Below are positions 36,272 through 47,300 of a stretch of DNA of 64,000 bases, piece by piece. Every line of letters starts with the position of its first letter. Position 1 is the stretch's first letter. The DNA comes from Ignavibacteria bacterium. Its GTDB lineage: Bacteria > Bacteroidota > Ignavibacteria > UBA10030 > SZUA-254. Below the pieces are notes generated by a model. It saw only the letters and a list, made by a program, of their open reading frames with translations. It had not been told where the DNA came from and did not search any database. A program made the translations under genes and the position numbers. The DNA lies in assembly GCA_003235555.1 (NCBI GenBank), contig QJVY01000092.1, forward strand, positions 17,257-81,256, given 5' to 3'.

Positions 36272-38355
36272 TCCAAACCCCGCCGCCTGAGGAGTGCGTC
36301 GACCTTCGGCTCGGCTCCGCGGAACTTCACGTACTGCGCCATCATGTCGTTCGAGCCCGCCGAGAGCAGGTGCTTCCTGAAGGAGGCGGCGAGTTCCCGG
36401 TTGAACAGGCCCGTTTCCTTGAAGGCCTGGAAGGCGTCGGCGTCGAGGACCTCCGCCCAGATATAGCTGTAATACCCGGACGAGTAACTCTCACCGGAAA
36501 AGATGTGGCTGAAGTTGGTGCTCAGGTACCGGGGTTCGATTTCATCCATGATCCCCATTTTTTCGAGTGAGGCTTTCTCGAAAGCGGCGGCATCGGCGGG
36601 GGTTGCGTCGGTCAGGACGTGCCAGTCCATGTCCAGGAACGACGCCGCCAGGTATTCCACCGTCGCGAACCCCTGGTTGAAGTGTTTCGACATCTCGAGT
36701 TTGCCGATCAGTTCCTGCGGGATCGGCTCGCCGGTCAGGTAATGCACCGCGTAGGTTTTCATGACGGCCGGGTCCATGGCCCAGTTTTCCATGATCTGAG
36801 AGGGCATTTCAACGTAATCCCTCGGCGTCGATCTCGACCCGGAATAGACCGTGTTCCCGAAGAGGCTGTTCAGGGCGTGCCCCAGTTCGTGAAACAGTGT
36901 CTGCACCTCGTCGACGCTCATCAGCGACGGTTTGTCCGCGGTGGGTTTGGAAAAATTTCCGACGTTGTAGACCAGCGGCGTCACGAATTTCCCGTCCATG
37001 TTCGACTGGCTCCTGAAACTGCTGGACCAGGCGCCCGCCCTCTTGCCGTCACGGGGGTAATAATCGCTGTAAAACAGGCCGAGGTGTTTCCCGTCGCCTT
37101 CGGTCACCTCGAAGACCTCGACGTCGGGGGCGTACACCTGGATGTCCTTCCTGGGGATGAACCGGATCCCGTAGAGCTTCTCCGCCACGTCGAACGCCCC
37201 GCGGCGCACGTTTTCCATTTTAAAATAGGGACGGAGCATCGCTTCGTCGAGCGCGTATTTTTCCTTCTTGACCTTCTCCGCATAGTACCACCAGTCCCAT
37301 GCCGCCAGCCTGAATCCGCCCCCCTCCCGGTCGATGATGGCCTGCATGTCCGCGATCTCCGCGCGGGCGCGTTTCAGTGAGGGCGTCCAGAGGTCGTTCA
37401 GGAATCTGAAGACGTTCTCCGGGTTCTTGGCCATGTTCCGTTCGAGGATGTAGTCGGCGTGCGTCCTGTAGCCGAGGAGATTCGCCCGCTTCACGCGGAG
37501 TGCCGCTATCGAGGCGATGATCTTCTTGTTGTCGAACCCGTCGTCGTTGTTTCCGCGGTTGACGTAACCCTTGAAAACGATCTCCCGCAGGTTCCGCTTC
37601 TGTGCATACTGCAGAAAGGGGATGAAACTCGGTTTCTGGAGTGTGAACGCCCACTTCCCCTCCATGTTTTTCGCGGCGGCGAGATCGGCGGCCCCCCTGA
37701 CCGCGTCCTCCGGCAGTCCCGCGAGATCATCCTGCTTGTCGATGACGAGGATGACCGCGTTCGTCTGGTTGAGGTGGTTCTGGCGGAACTTCACGTAGAG
37801 GTTGCTCAGCTCCTCGTTGATCTTCCGCAGTGTCGCCTTGTCCTCGTCGTTGAGGTTCGCCCCGCTCCGGACGAAATTCTTGTAGTAGTTCTCCAGGAGG
37901 GTGTTCTCCTCGGCGTTCAACCCGAGGGTTTCCTTCCCGTCCCAGAGCGCCTTCACGCGTGCGAACAGTTTCGGGTTCAGGCTGATGTCGTCGCCGTGCC
38001 TGGTCAGCAGCGGGTCGACCTCCTGCGAGATTTTCTGGAGCTCGTCGTTCGTGTTGGCCCCGTTCAGGCATCCGAACACGCGGGAGACGTTGTCGAGCGT
38101 CCTGCCGCTCTTTTCGAGGGCAGCGATGGTGTTCGCGAAGGTCGGTCCGTCGGGGTTGTCGGCGATCGCCTCCACCTCCGCCGCCTCGAGCCTCATCCCC
38201 TCCCGGAACGCGGGCATGAAGTGGGCTTCCGTGATCGCGTCGAACGGAGGCGTCTCGAACGGCGTGTCCCATTTTCCGAGGAGCGGATTGCCGGTTTGGT
38301 CCGATTGTCCGGGGATGAGCATGAGGGCTGTCAGGGCGAGTGAATATTTTATCAT
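36268..38355 (-). CDS. dcp: M3 family peptidyl-dipeptidase (Dcp / oligopeptidase A-like).
   Basis: 695 aa with zinc motif FHELGHALN and a downstream E. Signal peptide present. M3 fold signature throughout. Confidence 0.85.
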   Translation of the reverse strand: MIKYSLALTALMLIPGQSDQTGNPLLGKWDTPFETPPFDAITEAHFMPAFREGMRLEAAEVEAIADNPDGPTFANTIAALEKSGRTLDNVSRVFGCLNGANTNDELQKISQEVDPLLTRHGDDISLNPKLFARVKALWDGKETLGLNAEENTLLENYYKNFVRSGANLNDEDKATLRKINEELSNLYVKFRQNHLNQTNAVILVIDKQDDLAGLPEDAVRGAADLAAAKNMEGKWAFTLQKPSFIPFLQYAQKRNLREIVFKGYVNRGNNDDGFDNKKIIASIAALRVKRANLLGYRTHADYILERNMAKNPENVFRFLNDLWTPSLKRARAEIADMQAIIDREGGGFRLAAWDWWYYAEKVKKEKYALDEAMLRPYFKMENVRRGAFDVAEKLYGIRFIPRKDIQVYAPDVEVFEVTEGDGKHLGLFYSDYYPRDGKRAGAWSSSFRSQSNMDGKFVTPLVYNVGNFSKPTADKPSLMSVDEVQTLFHELGHALNSLFGNTVYSGSRSTPRDYVEMPSQIMENWAMDPAVMKTYAVHYLTGEPIPQELIGKLEMSKHFNQGFATVEYLAASFLDMDWHVLTDATPADAAAFEKASLEKMGIMDEIEPRYLSTNFSHIFSGESYSSGYYSYIWAEVLDADAFQAFKETGLFNRELAASFRKHLLSAGSNDMMAQYVKFRGAEPKVDALLRRRGLE

Positions 38356-38538
38356 GGTGTTTGGCCTTTTGCCTTGGCCGGATAGGAGTACCCGGGCGGA
38401 TTTTCGATACTCATGATGGAACCGGGCCGGCAGTCTGCGTCCACCGACGCCGGGCCGACAATGGGTCTGACATTCGGTCGGCGGGTGATAGCGGGAATAT
38501 AAGGTTTCGGGTCGAGAGATTCAATCGTGGTTCCGGGA

Positions 38539-41355
38539 TCACCTCACGAAGGTATTTTTAACCCGTTTGGAGGTGAGGAAGTAGGGAACCCAGATGATGA
38601 CGGAGAGGAGGTCCCTGACCAGGTCCGTTGAATCATCCCCCTGTACCGCGGTGACCGCATACTGGAGGTGATCAACGACAAGGGCGTCGAGAAGGAAGAG
38701 GGCCGGGCCGGCGATGATCAGGATGATCATCAGACGGGGTGCCTCCTTCAGTTTTCTGAAGAAGTAAATCGCAGCCACCACTCCGAAAAGAATCAATGCC
38801 CCGTTCAGGAAATACTCCGCTCCGATGAGCGCACCGAAGTACGGCATGTATCCTTCCCCCGATTCGGTTGTCAGGGCATCCCATCGGCCGGAATTGAAGA
38901 GGGCGATAAAATCCCCCATTTCCACCATGTTCACCAGCGGTCGGAAAATCAGGCCCATGGCCGGAAGGAGAAGAAATCCCGAAATACCCTCCGGGACGGG
39001 GGCGGGGACCACCGGGTCGGCGGGCGGGGAGTCGGGGTCTTCCTCCTCCGCCGGATCGTCGACCGTCGGGGATTGTTCGATCACCGGAGTATCCCCCCCG
39101 GCCGGCGTTGTGCTCTCCGCCGGCGATCCCGCGTCCGGTTCAGGCGGATCCGCCCCGGCCTTACGAAGTCTCACTGCCCGCCGGATCGGGAAAAACCCTC
39201 CGAGCAGCAATGCCCCGGTCAGAATGAAGAAGACCGGGGTGAAGCTCATGATACCGTCCGGGTACTTGGTGAAGATCGTCCCGATGTTACTCAACGCACT
39301 GGTCACGTCCGCCTCGTATTTCCGGAAGGACTCGGGCGGCACCCGGTCCGTCAGTGTGGTGTACCCGTACTCGATCTTCACCCTGTTGCCCGCGCCGGTC
39401 AGGCTGTAGGTGAACTGAAATGCCTCATTATTCACGAAGGATGCGTCGTCCTCGACGTCCCACGGTTCCGGGAAATCCACGAACGTGACGTACTCGATGG
39501 ACCTCGGGTGATTGATCCCCAGCGGTACGGTCCTCCCCTCATCCGGGAGACCCCCCAACAACCGCCGGACCAGGGTCGCGTATACGGCCGCCTGCTTTCG
39601 GTTGATCGTCGCCGAACGGGTCCAGAAAGAATCGATGGAATACCGCTCCGAGAGGGTGAAGGTATTGCCGACGGTGTCGTCCTCCTCGACTCTCATCGGT
39701 TCCAGGGTGTGGACGCCGTCGTATTCGCCGGAATAGTATTCGTAACCGATCTTCTCGAGTTCTTTCGCGGTCCGGCGTCCGAAAAAGTTCCGTGCATAGT
39801 TTGCACGGGCACCGTAGAATTTTGATACAACCTCCAGCTCCACCGGCCGTGAAAAGTCCGTGATCCGGAAATATTCCTCGTACTGTTCCCGGGAGGAGAC
39901 ACCTTCCCGCGGATGGATATCCACGAGTCCGTCGGATCCCTCCCCGACCACCAGGCCCTTTGTCTCCAGGGCCATGCACCGTCCGGTGAGGGGTCCGCGC
40001 TCGAGGGTTTCGGTGGGATCGACAAAATATTCCTCTCCGTCGAGACCGATTCTCACCACGACGTGATCGAACGCGAGCGGCCAGGGGTGATCGACGACGA
40101 TTTCCGCCCGTTTCCATGAGTTGACGAGCACAGGGTCGGCGGCAATGCCCGCCCCCTCCAGCAATGCGCAGAGCAGGAGTGATTTGTCCTTGCAGTCTCC
40201 GAACCGCTGCTTCAGCACCTTCGCGGGGGATGTCGGCCGGTGGGAACTCTGACCGACCTCAATGCCGAAATACCGTATCTCGTCCTGGACGAATGTCAGT
40301 GCGGCGCAGGCGTACTCTTCGGGAGTCGGATGGTCGGCCCGGAGACGGTCGACGACTTCTTCCAGGCCCCCCGTTTCAGAACGCGAAGCCGCGTACACAT
40401 CCCTCGCCCACCCGGCCACGTCCTGCCAGGAATGAAATTCGCTCAACCGGATTCTGGGGTAGGGATCGTACCAGGACGGAACGTCCTCTTCCATGGTCAG
40501 GGCTGGTACGTTCTTCTCCCTCCAGACATATGTGGAGTGCCCCCCCTCGTCCGCAGGTTTGGGCAGCGTGTAGGGGGTATCGGCGGTGATTTCGATCGTC
40601 CTCCCCGCGGGGACCCTGAGACGGCAGTACCTCAACTGGATCGGGATCGAGTACCGCATTTCAAAGGACCCGAGAAACTTGCCGCCGAAGATGGGGTTCT
40701 GGCCTCTGACCGAATAGGCGTACTCCAGCGTATCGCCGGGGCGAACGTCTTCCAGCAGCAGGACACCGGTGAGCCGTCCGTCGTAGAGGTTATACTCGAG
40801 GCTGTTCTCCCTCTGGAGAATGTTGAAGGTCTGCCTCGAGAGCAGGTCGTGGATGAGGCCGTTACGCCTGACTCGCACGTAATGAACGCTCGCGCGGTTG
40901 TAGGAAGGTGCGTAGGTAATCTTGAGTGTCGAGAGTTCCTGCAGACCCGTGGGCCCGAGGACCTTCACCGCGACATGGTAGAACCAGGTGAGCGATGCCA
41001 CATCGTACTGTTCGTCCACGAGGAGGTAGGACGATCCCTCCCCGGCGGCCGGACTGAAATCCGGGTCCGCCCCGGGTATGCGGACGGTACTGACCCAGGA
41101 GGGGATGGCCCGGATGGTGATCCCGTCACGCGTTCCCGCTTCGAGGAAAGTCGTCCGACAGGCAGTCACGAAAATGATCAGGACTGCCGCCCTGACGACC
41201 TCCCGGAAGATTCCCGTTCGGCCGTGGTGGACACCGGGATTGCCGTACTCCCGTGATGACATCGGTGCGCCTCCTGATTGCCTCCCCTGAGTACCTCCGG
41301 GGAAGTATAGATAATTTTCTCTCAAATTCAAGTCCGGAAATCCGCTCGTCGACAC
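38539..41355 (-). CDS. DUF3857 / transglutaminase-like cysteine protease domain protein with a C-terminal polytopic membrane domain.
   Basis: Transglutaminase core motif FGDCKDKSLLLCALL. Pro/Asp/Glu-rich linker. Four to five C-terminal TM helices. 938 aa; the start is uncertain. Confidence 0.6.
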   Translation of the reverse strand: MSTSGFPDLNLRENYLYFPGGTQGRQSGGAPMSSREYGNPGVHHGRTGIFREVVRAAVLIIFVTACRTTFLEAGTRDGITIRAIPSWVSTVRIPGADPDFSPAAGEGSSYLLVDEQYDVASLTWFYHVAVKVLGPTGLQELSTLKITYAPSYNRASVHYVRVRRNGLIHDLLSRQTFNILQRENSLEYNLYDGRLTGVLLLEDVRPGDTLEYAYSVRGQNPIFGGKFLGSFEMRYSIPIQLRYCRLRVPAGRTIEITADTPYTLPKPADEGGHSTYVWREKNVPALTMEEDVPSWYDPYPRIRLSEFHSWQDVAGWARDVYAASRSETGGLEEVVDRLRADHPTPEEYACAALTFVQDEIRYFGIEVGQSSHRPTSPAKVLKQRFGDCKDKSLLLCALLEGAGIAADPVLVNSWKRAEIVVDHPWPLAFDHVVVRIGLDGEEYFVDPTETLERGPLTGRCMALETKGLVVGEGSDGLVDIHPREGVSSREQYEEYFRITDFSRPVELEVVSKFYGARANYARNFFGRRTAKELEKIGYEYYSGEYDGVHTLEPMRVEEDDTVGNTFTLSERYSIDSFWTRSATINRKQAAVYATLVRRLLGGLPDEGRTVPLGINHPRSIEYVTFVDFPEPWDVEDDASFVNNEAFQFTYSLTGAGNRVKIEYGYTTLTDRVPPESFRKYEADVTSALSNIGTIFTKYPDGIMSFTPVFFILTGALLLGGFFPIRRAVRLRKAGADPPEPDAGSPAESTTPAGGDTPVIEQSPTVDDPAEEEDPDSPPADPVVPAPVPEGISGFLLLPAMGLIFRPLVNMVEMGDFIALFNSGRWDALTTESGEGYMPYFGALIGAEYFLNGALILFGVVAAIYFFRKLKEAPRLMIILIIAGPALFLLDALVVDHLQYAVTAVQGDDSTDLVRDLLSVIIWVPYFLTSKRVKNTFVR

Positions 41356-41401
41356 CGGTCGAACCGTGCCCCGGAATCATCGGACGAGACGACGGATATC
41401 C

Positions 41402-42931
41402 CTATCTTTTTGTACAGAACCTCCTCACCATGGCTGCCGCGATACGCTCCGCGTTCGCGAGGATCGTGAGGCTCGAATTGACGGCCAGCGACGTCGGTAT
41501 CGCGGCACCGTCCGTCACGAAGAGGCCCGGATAATCGAAGACTTCCCCGTACGCGTCCGTGACCCCGTCCTCCTTGCGGTCCGCCATCCTGCACGACCCG
41601 ATCATGTGTGTGGTCTCGAACCGGATCCCCGCGCGTGCGGCGCCTTCGTCGTCCACGCCGGTGATCCTGACGACGCGTGCCCCGTTGCGGGTGAGGATCG
41701 AGTGGAGGATGTCCTTGGTGTTTCTGTAATAGGCCGCCAGGACGGAGTCGATCGGCAGCTCGGGAGTGATCTTCCCATCGGGTCCCAGGGTCACCGAGGC
41801 CGCCGGAGGTGTGAGCCCGAGTGCGTACAGGACGATCATCCGCCGGCGGAACTGTTTCATGAGCTCGACGTGCGCCTCCCCCCAGTAATCGGGTTCACGG
41901 TCCTCCCCCTCCAGGACCAGGCGGGCGGCCGAGACGGCGTGCAGCGGCAGTGGTTTCGCCGAGGAGATCGTAATCCCCAGGGAGTCCAGGAACTCGTAAC
42001 TGATCATACCGGGGTGTGACCTTCCGAGGAGCATGTCGCCGTCCATGAAACCGTCGGGCAGGAGCCCGGCGGCCTTGACGCTTCCGTTGAACGCGATGTT
42101 TTTTCCGACGTGCGAACTTAACCGCGGCATCAGGGCGGTCGAGCCGAGCAGGAGTTTCGCCGAACCGATCGTTCCCCCGCCGAGGACGACCAGTTTTGCC
42201 CGGACCGCGAAGGAATCGCCGGACAACACGTTCCGGCACTCAACCTCGTACCGCTCGGGAATCTGCCCGATCGGGATTTGCCGGGACGCCGGACCGCCGT
42301 CCGGACGGAGGGGCCGGATGCGAACCGCCTCCGTGTCGGTGAGGAACCCGACCCCGGCCCTCTTCGCCTGAGGCAGATAATTCATGTGGAGAGATTGTTT
42401 CGCCTGGTAGATGCATCCCGAGACGCAGTAACCGCTCCCCTGACAGCCCCGTACCGCGTACCGGGCCCGGTCGCAGGAATATCCGAGGTTCTTCATGAGT
42501 TTCGCGAACACGACACCCGATTTGGGGATTTCGTCGGGACCGATCTGCTCGACGTTGATCATCTCCTCGGCGATATCGTAGTAGGGATCCATCGCCCGCC
42601 GGTCGAGGGCCCCGGGCCAGAGCCGTTTTCCGTCGGGACCGGCAAGGTCAAAAGCGACCGAGGGAGCGCGCAGCGAGACCATTTCGTAAAATCCCGACCC
42701 GCCGCCGAGCCCTTCCGCATAGGTAAATCCCACGTTGTCGGATGATGTCCCCTTGAGATAGTGTAAGAGGTACTTCGGATCGTTTGTCTGTCGGAAATCC
42801 TTTTCAGGATCGATGTTTCCCCCCTTCTCGAGGACCAGGACGCTGCATCCGGCCTGACCCAGTCTGAGGGCCGGCGCCGCCGCCCCGAATCCGCTTCCGA
42901 TGACCAGTATTTCCGTGTGCAGAGTGCGCAT
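41402..42931 (-). CDS. GMC family FAD-dependent oxidoreductase.
   Basis: N-terminal Rossmann motif ILVIGSGFGAAAPALRL. C-terminal GMC signature HMIGSCRM..DGAAIPTS. Confidence 0.8.
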   Translation of the reverse strand: MRTLHTEILVIGSGFGAAAPALRLGQAGCSVLVLEKGGNIDPEKDFRQTNDPKYLLHYLKGTSSDNVGFTYAEGLGGGSGFYEMVSLRAPSVAFDLAGPDGKRLWPGALDRRAMDPYYDIAEEMINVEQIGPDEIPKSGVVFAKLMKNLGYSCDRARYAVRGCQGSGYCVSGCIYQAKQSLHMNYLPQAKRAGVGFLTDTEAVRIRPLRPDGGPASRQIPIGQIPERYEVECRNVLSGDSFAVRAKLVVLGGGTIGSAKLLLGSTALMPRLSSHVGKNIAFNGSVKAAGLLPDGFMDGDMLLGRSHPGMISYEFLDSLGITISSAKPLPLHAVSAARLVLEGEDREPDYWGEAHVELMKQFRRRMIVLYALGLTPPAASVTLGPDGKITPELPIDSVLAAYYRNTKDILHSILTRNGARVVRITGVDDEGAARAGIRFETTHMIGSCRMADRKEDGVTDAYGEVFDYPGLFVTDGAAIPTSLAVNSSLTILANAERIAAAMVRRFCTKR

Positions 42932-42943
42932 GGCTGACCCCTT

Positions 42944-43582
42944 CTAGACGTAGTTTCCGTTGGTCGTCAGTTCGTGGGAGAGAAAGGGGGACGGGTCACG
43001 GTAATAGATCTCGTCGGGATCGTACACCCTGCCGGTCCCGGGGTATCCGATCAGGGGACAGCCGCCCTCATCGTCATAAATACTCCCGAAAAAACTCACC
43101 TGGCACATGAAAACGGCCGCCTGGTAGAGACGCGAGATGATCGCATCGCCGCGAAGTCCCTCCCGGATGACCCGTGTGCGGTCCGCCGGCGCGAGCAGGT
43201 GAAACCGCTCATCCCCGTGGAGATCGGCGCTGCGCGAAGCGAGGTCGGAGACGAAAAACCGGCAGTGCGTGTGGAAGGGGTAATATTCGTCGGTATAGAT
43301 ACGCACAAGGTTGGGGTCGCCGATCCACGCCCCCGGGATCACCGTCACGACGAACGCCCGGAGATATTCTTCGACGAGATCAGGGTCGTCCTTGAATTTC
43401 GAGGGATAGGCCTTGAACAGGATCTTCGCGGGAGTGCATCCGACGAGCGTGGCGCCGAGCAACAGGCTGATCCGGGCGACGAACGCCTTGCGGGTGATCA
43501 GGTTCCCGGGCCGGTCCTCACCGGAGAGCGTGACACCCTTCGGTGGACGGTGATCGGACGGTATATTGTTGCCGTTTCGCAT
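42944..43582 (-). CDS. Gluconate 2-dehydrogenase subunit 3-like small subunit, partner of the GMC oxidoreductase.
   Basis: 212 aa. Tat-like leader (ITRKAFVARISLLLGATLVGC). Lies immediately upstream of the GMC gene, as in GADH-type operons. Confidence 0.55.
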   Translation of the reverse strand: MRNGNNIPSDHRPPKGVTLSGEDRPGNLITRKAFVARISLLLGATLVGCTPAKILFKAYPSKFKDDPDLVEEYLRAFVVTVIPGAWIGDPNLVRIYTDEYYPFHTHCRFFVSDLASRSADLHGDERFHLLAPADRTRVIREGLRGDAIISRLYQAAVFMCQVSFFGSIYDDEGGCPLIGYPGTGRVYDPDEIYYRDPSPFLSHELTTNGNYV

Positions 43583-43710
43583 CTTCGGTATCCCGGGACA
43601 AGATACCGCATGCGGCAGGCGTCTTTGTCAGAATAATGTCAGGGTGTTGTAAATGATTCCCACCCTGCGGGAAGGCGGGGGCTGGGAGAGGCGGTCGTCA
43701 CGGAGTGGAG

Positions 43711-43914
43711 TCAGTCGTGATGATCAGCCGGTTCCATGCCCTCGGCCCCGGGGAGTTTTCCGGCGAGGGATTGCGGATCGTGGATGAGCATCGGGAGGTG
43801 TTGTGGACAGATCAGAAATTTCTTTCCACGGTAGTCGAGGGTGATGAGGGGAACCTCCCGGGCGGTCCTGCCGCAGGCGAGGCATCGTGGTGGGGTGTCG
43901 TGTTCGGAGGCCAT
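43711..43914 (-). CDS. Small zinc-ribbon hypothetical protein.
   Basis: 67 aa with CLACG...CPQH metal-binding spacing. No other similarity recognised. Confidence 0.3.
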   Translation of the reverse strand: MASEHDTPPRCLACGRTAREVPLITLDYRGKKFLICPQHLPMLIHDPQSLAGKLPGAEGMEPADHHD

Positions 43915-43938
43915 GGTCCGGATCTGATCCGATGATGG

Positions 43939-44286
43939 TTATTGGACGACGTAATTCATCTTTTGAAGCTCCTCCCGCGCGCGGGCGCGCTGGTCCCCCT
44001 GGAGTTCGATGTTCCCCCCCTTCACCGTGCCGCCGGTACCGCACCGTTCCTTCAGCGCGTGCGCGATTTCCTTCATGGTGTCCGGGTTGTGGTGCAGTCC
44101 GGTGACCAGCGTGACGGTCTTCCCCTTGCGCCCCTTTCTGTCGAGCCTCAGCCTGACTGCCTGCCCCCTCCCGTCATGACCGCGGGGCGGGCCCCCGGCC
44201 GGACCCCGCCCCGGGACGGCTGCGGATGCGTCCTTTCCCGAACCGGGGAGCAGTACGCGCAGATCTTCGAGCGATTTGAGTTTCAT
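43939..44286 (-). CDS. yciH: Translation initiation factor SUI1/YciH family.
   Basis: MKLKSLEDL...RKGRKGKTVTLVTGL...CGTGGTVKGGNIELQGDQR is the canonical YciH/eIF1 core. Start at the internal ATG; the ORF track extends to 44430. Confidence 0.75.
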   Translation of the reverse strand: MKLKSLEDLRVLLPGSGKDASAAVPGRGPAGGPPRGHDGRGQAVRLRLDRKGRKGKTVTLVTGLHHNPDTMKEIAHALKERCGTGGTVKGGNIELQGDQRARAREELQKMNYVVQ

Positions 44287-44342
44287 GACCCGTGTGTGTT
44301 CGTTCGGCGCATGATCGGGACCCGGTGCCCGGGACGGTCGGT

Positions 44343-47300
44343 TCACCGGTCCGGTTTCAGGACCGTCATCCGGCGTTCGGCCAGCATCGCATTGATCCCG
44401 GCCATCGCCGTACCGGTGAAGGCGGTCCATTGGGTTTCCATGGCCTTCACCGCCGTCTCCCCCTCGCGCACGGCCGCAGCCTGGGATTCCGTCGGCTGGG
44501 CGTCGGCATTTTGAAGGATGAGCATGACGTACATCAGCCGGCGCTGGATACCGTTGAGGGTCTGCTTGACGGATTTCCCCTCCCGGACGGTCGTGTAGAT
44601 GATGTCGACATCCTGGGGCGGACCGTCTCCCTCCGACACCCGGAGTATCCTGTCGAAAGCGTCGAGCGAGTCGAGCAGGACCCGGTCTTTCACCTCGCCG
44701 CGGAGCGCCGCGATCTGGGAACGGAGGGAGTTCGATCCACGGACCAGACGCTGTATCCTGTCCAACCCGTCGTAACAGTTCATCGAGAGGTCGAACTGGC
44801 GCCTCAACACCGGGGCCGCGGCCGTCACCCTGGGGTCCATCGTCACGGTCAGCGTCCTGGGGATGCTCTTCCCGTCAACGGTGAGGATCACCGTGTAGGG
44901 ACCGGGCATGACCCACGGGCCGTCCGGGCCGCTCGCGGTGTTCCCGTACACCGCGGCGATCGGAAACGACCGGGGCAGATTCTCAGGCGGGGGGTAATGC
45001 AGGTCCCACACGAACCGGTGCGTCCCCGGGTCGGCCGACAGCGACATCCGCGGACGGATCCAGTAGGTGGGGAACCTCAGGTCGCGCTCGTCGATCTCCT
45101 CCGGGGGGTCTTTGCTGGAGAACTTCCGGATGATGGTCCCCTTCGGGTCGATGATGTCGAGCGTGACCTCCCCGGCTGCGGAGGGCAGGTAGTAGTCGAG
45201 GACCGCCCCGTCCGGGGGGTTCTCCCCGGCGGGTTCGTCCGGCGGAAGGGGGGTGTCCGTGTTCATGTTCCACCGGACGCGGACGGCCGGGTGGGGCTCA
45301 AAAAACCTGACGCCCGTGCCGGGATCCCCCGCAGATCCCGTCGCGGCCATCTGGCGCAGCGAGCTGACGTCGTCGAGGATCCAGAACGAGCGGCCGTGCG
45401 TACCGACCACGATGTCGGCATCGTGTATCACCAGGTCGCGGATCGATGTGGCGGGCATGTTGTTCCGGAGTGATTGCCAGTGGTCCCCGTCGTCGAAGGA
45501 GACGTACACTTCCCTCTCCGTCCCCGCGAAGAGGAGACCTTGTTGTTCGGGGTCCTCCCGTATGGTGTTCACCGGTCCGCTCACCGGGAGACCGGCGACG
45601 ATTTCTTTCCAGGTCGCACCCCCGTCATGAGTCCGGAAGATATGCGGGCGCCAGTCGTCGAGTTTCATGCTGTTGACGGCTGCGTACGCCGTGCTCCCGT
45701 CATGGTGACCCGCGTCCATGCCTGCGACCTTGCTCCAGGATGTCAGTTGCGGGGGAGTGACGTTTTTCCAGTTCCGGCCGCCGTCGCGCGTCAGGTGCAC
45801 CAGTCCGTCGTCCGTCCCAGCCCAGATGAGGCCGGCGTCCACCGGGGAGAGTGCCAGTGAATAGATGACTCCCCTGCGGGGCTGGTCGGCGAGCTCCGGG
45901 GTGGTGAAGATCCCGATGTTCGGGGGGACCTCCGGTTTTTCGCGCGAAAGATCGGGGCTGATCGCTTCCCACCTGGCCCCTCCCGTGGTCGTTTTGAACA
46001 ACACGTTCGCCGCGAAGTAGAGCGCGGTCCGGTCGATCGGAGAGAACATCAGCGGAGCCGTCCGGAGGGTGCGGTACTTTCCGGAACGGACCGCCTCGGG
46101 GGCTACGTATTGCGTCTGCCCGGTGGATTTGTCGAACCGTGTGACCCTGCCGCCGTAGATGATGTCCGGATGAAGCGGGTCGGGGGCGATGTATCCGTAT
46201 TCGTCCGCTCCGACCGGATGCCATTCCCTGAACGTGATCTGGCCGTCGTTCCCCCTGCTCACGATCCCGACCGAACCGCTTTCCTGCTGGCCCCCGTACA
46301 CGTTGTAGGGAAACTGGTCGTCGGTGATGACGTGGTAGAACTGCGCCGTCGGCTGGTTGTACCAGGAGCCCCACGATTCCCCGCCGTTGACGGTGACGAC
46401 TGCGCCCTGGTCGGCCGCCAGAATCATGATGTCGGGATGGAGGGGGTTGATCCAGATCGTGTGATAATCGTCCCCGCCCGGGGCACCCTTGAATCCGGTC
46501 CACGTTACGCCGGCATCGGTGGACTTGTATGTCTGGATGTTCCCCGAAAAGAGGACGTCCTTGTTTTTGGGGTGCACCTTCAGTTCCGCGAAATCGCTTC
46601 CCCGGCTCCAGACCCTCCTCTCGGATGCGACGTGCGTCCAGCTTTCCCCCGCGTCGTCGGAACGATAGATCCCCCCGTCCTGCCCGGCGTCCACCGCCGC
46701 GTACATCCTCGACGGGTCGTCCGGCGCAATGGCGATGCCGATCCTCCCCAGCCCCTGGTCCGCGGTCGGCAGTCCCCTGGTCATCTGCCTCCAGGTGTCG
46801 CCTCCGTCCGTCGATTTGAAGAGCCCGCTGGTCCTCCCCTGCCATGCGCCGTTTTCCCACGGTCCCTGTCGCGCCGACCAGAGCACTGCGAAGAGGGTTC
46901 GCGGGTTCCCCGGATCGAACTCCAGGGCGATCGCGCCTGTGTTCTCGTCTTTATACAGGACCTTCTCCCAGGACGATCCTCCGTCGGTCGATCTGAACAC
47001 GCCGCGTTCCTCATTGGGTCCGTAGGGATGGCCGAGGGCCGCGACGAACACCCTGTCCGGGTCGCCGGGATCCACGATCACCGCGCCGATCTGCAGGGCA
47101 TCTGACAGCCCCCTCTGCGTCCAGGTCCTGCCGGCGTCGGTGGACCTGAACACTCCGTCGCCGACGGAGAGGTCCGGCCGTTGGAGCCCCTCGCCGCTTC
47201 CCACATAGAGGATGTCGGGATTCGAGGGTGCCAGCGCGATCGCGCCGATCGAACCGGTGGGTTGGTCGTCGAAGATCGGCTTCCAGGTCCGGCCGTAATC

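Noticed and set aside
44287-44430. N-terminal extension of the yciH ORF.
   Set aside because: YciH/SUI1 proteins are about 100-120 aa. The extension is Pro/Gly/Arg-rich and unconserved.
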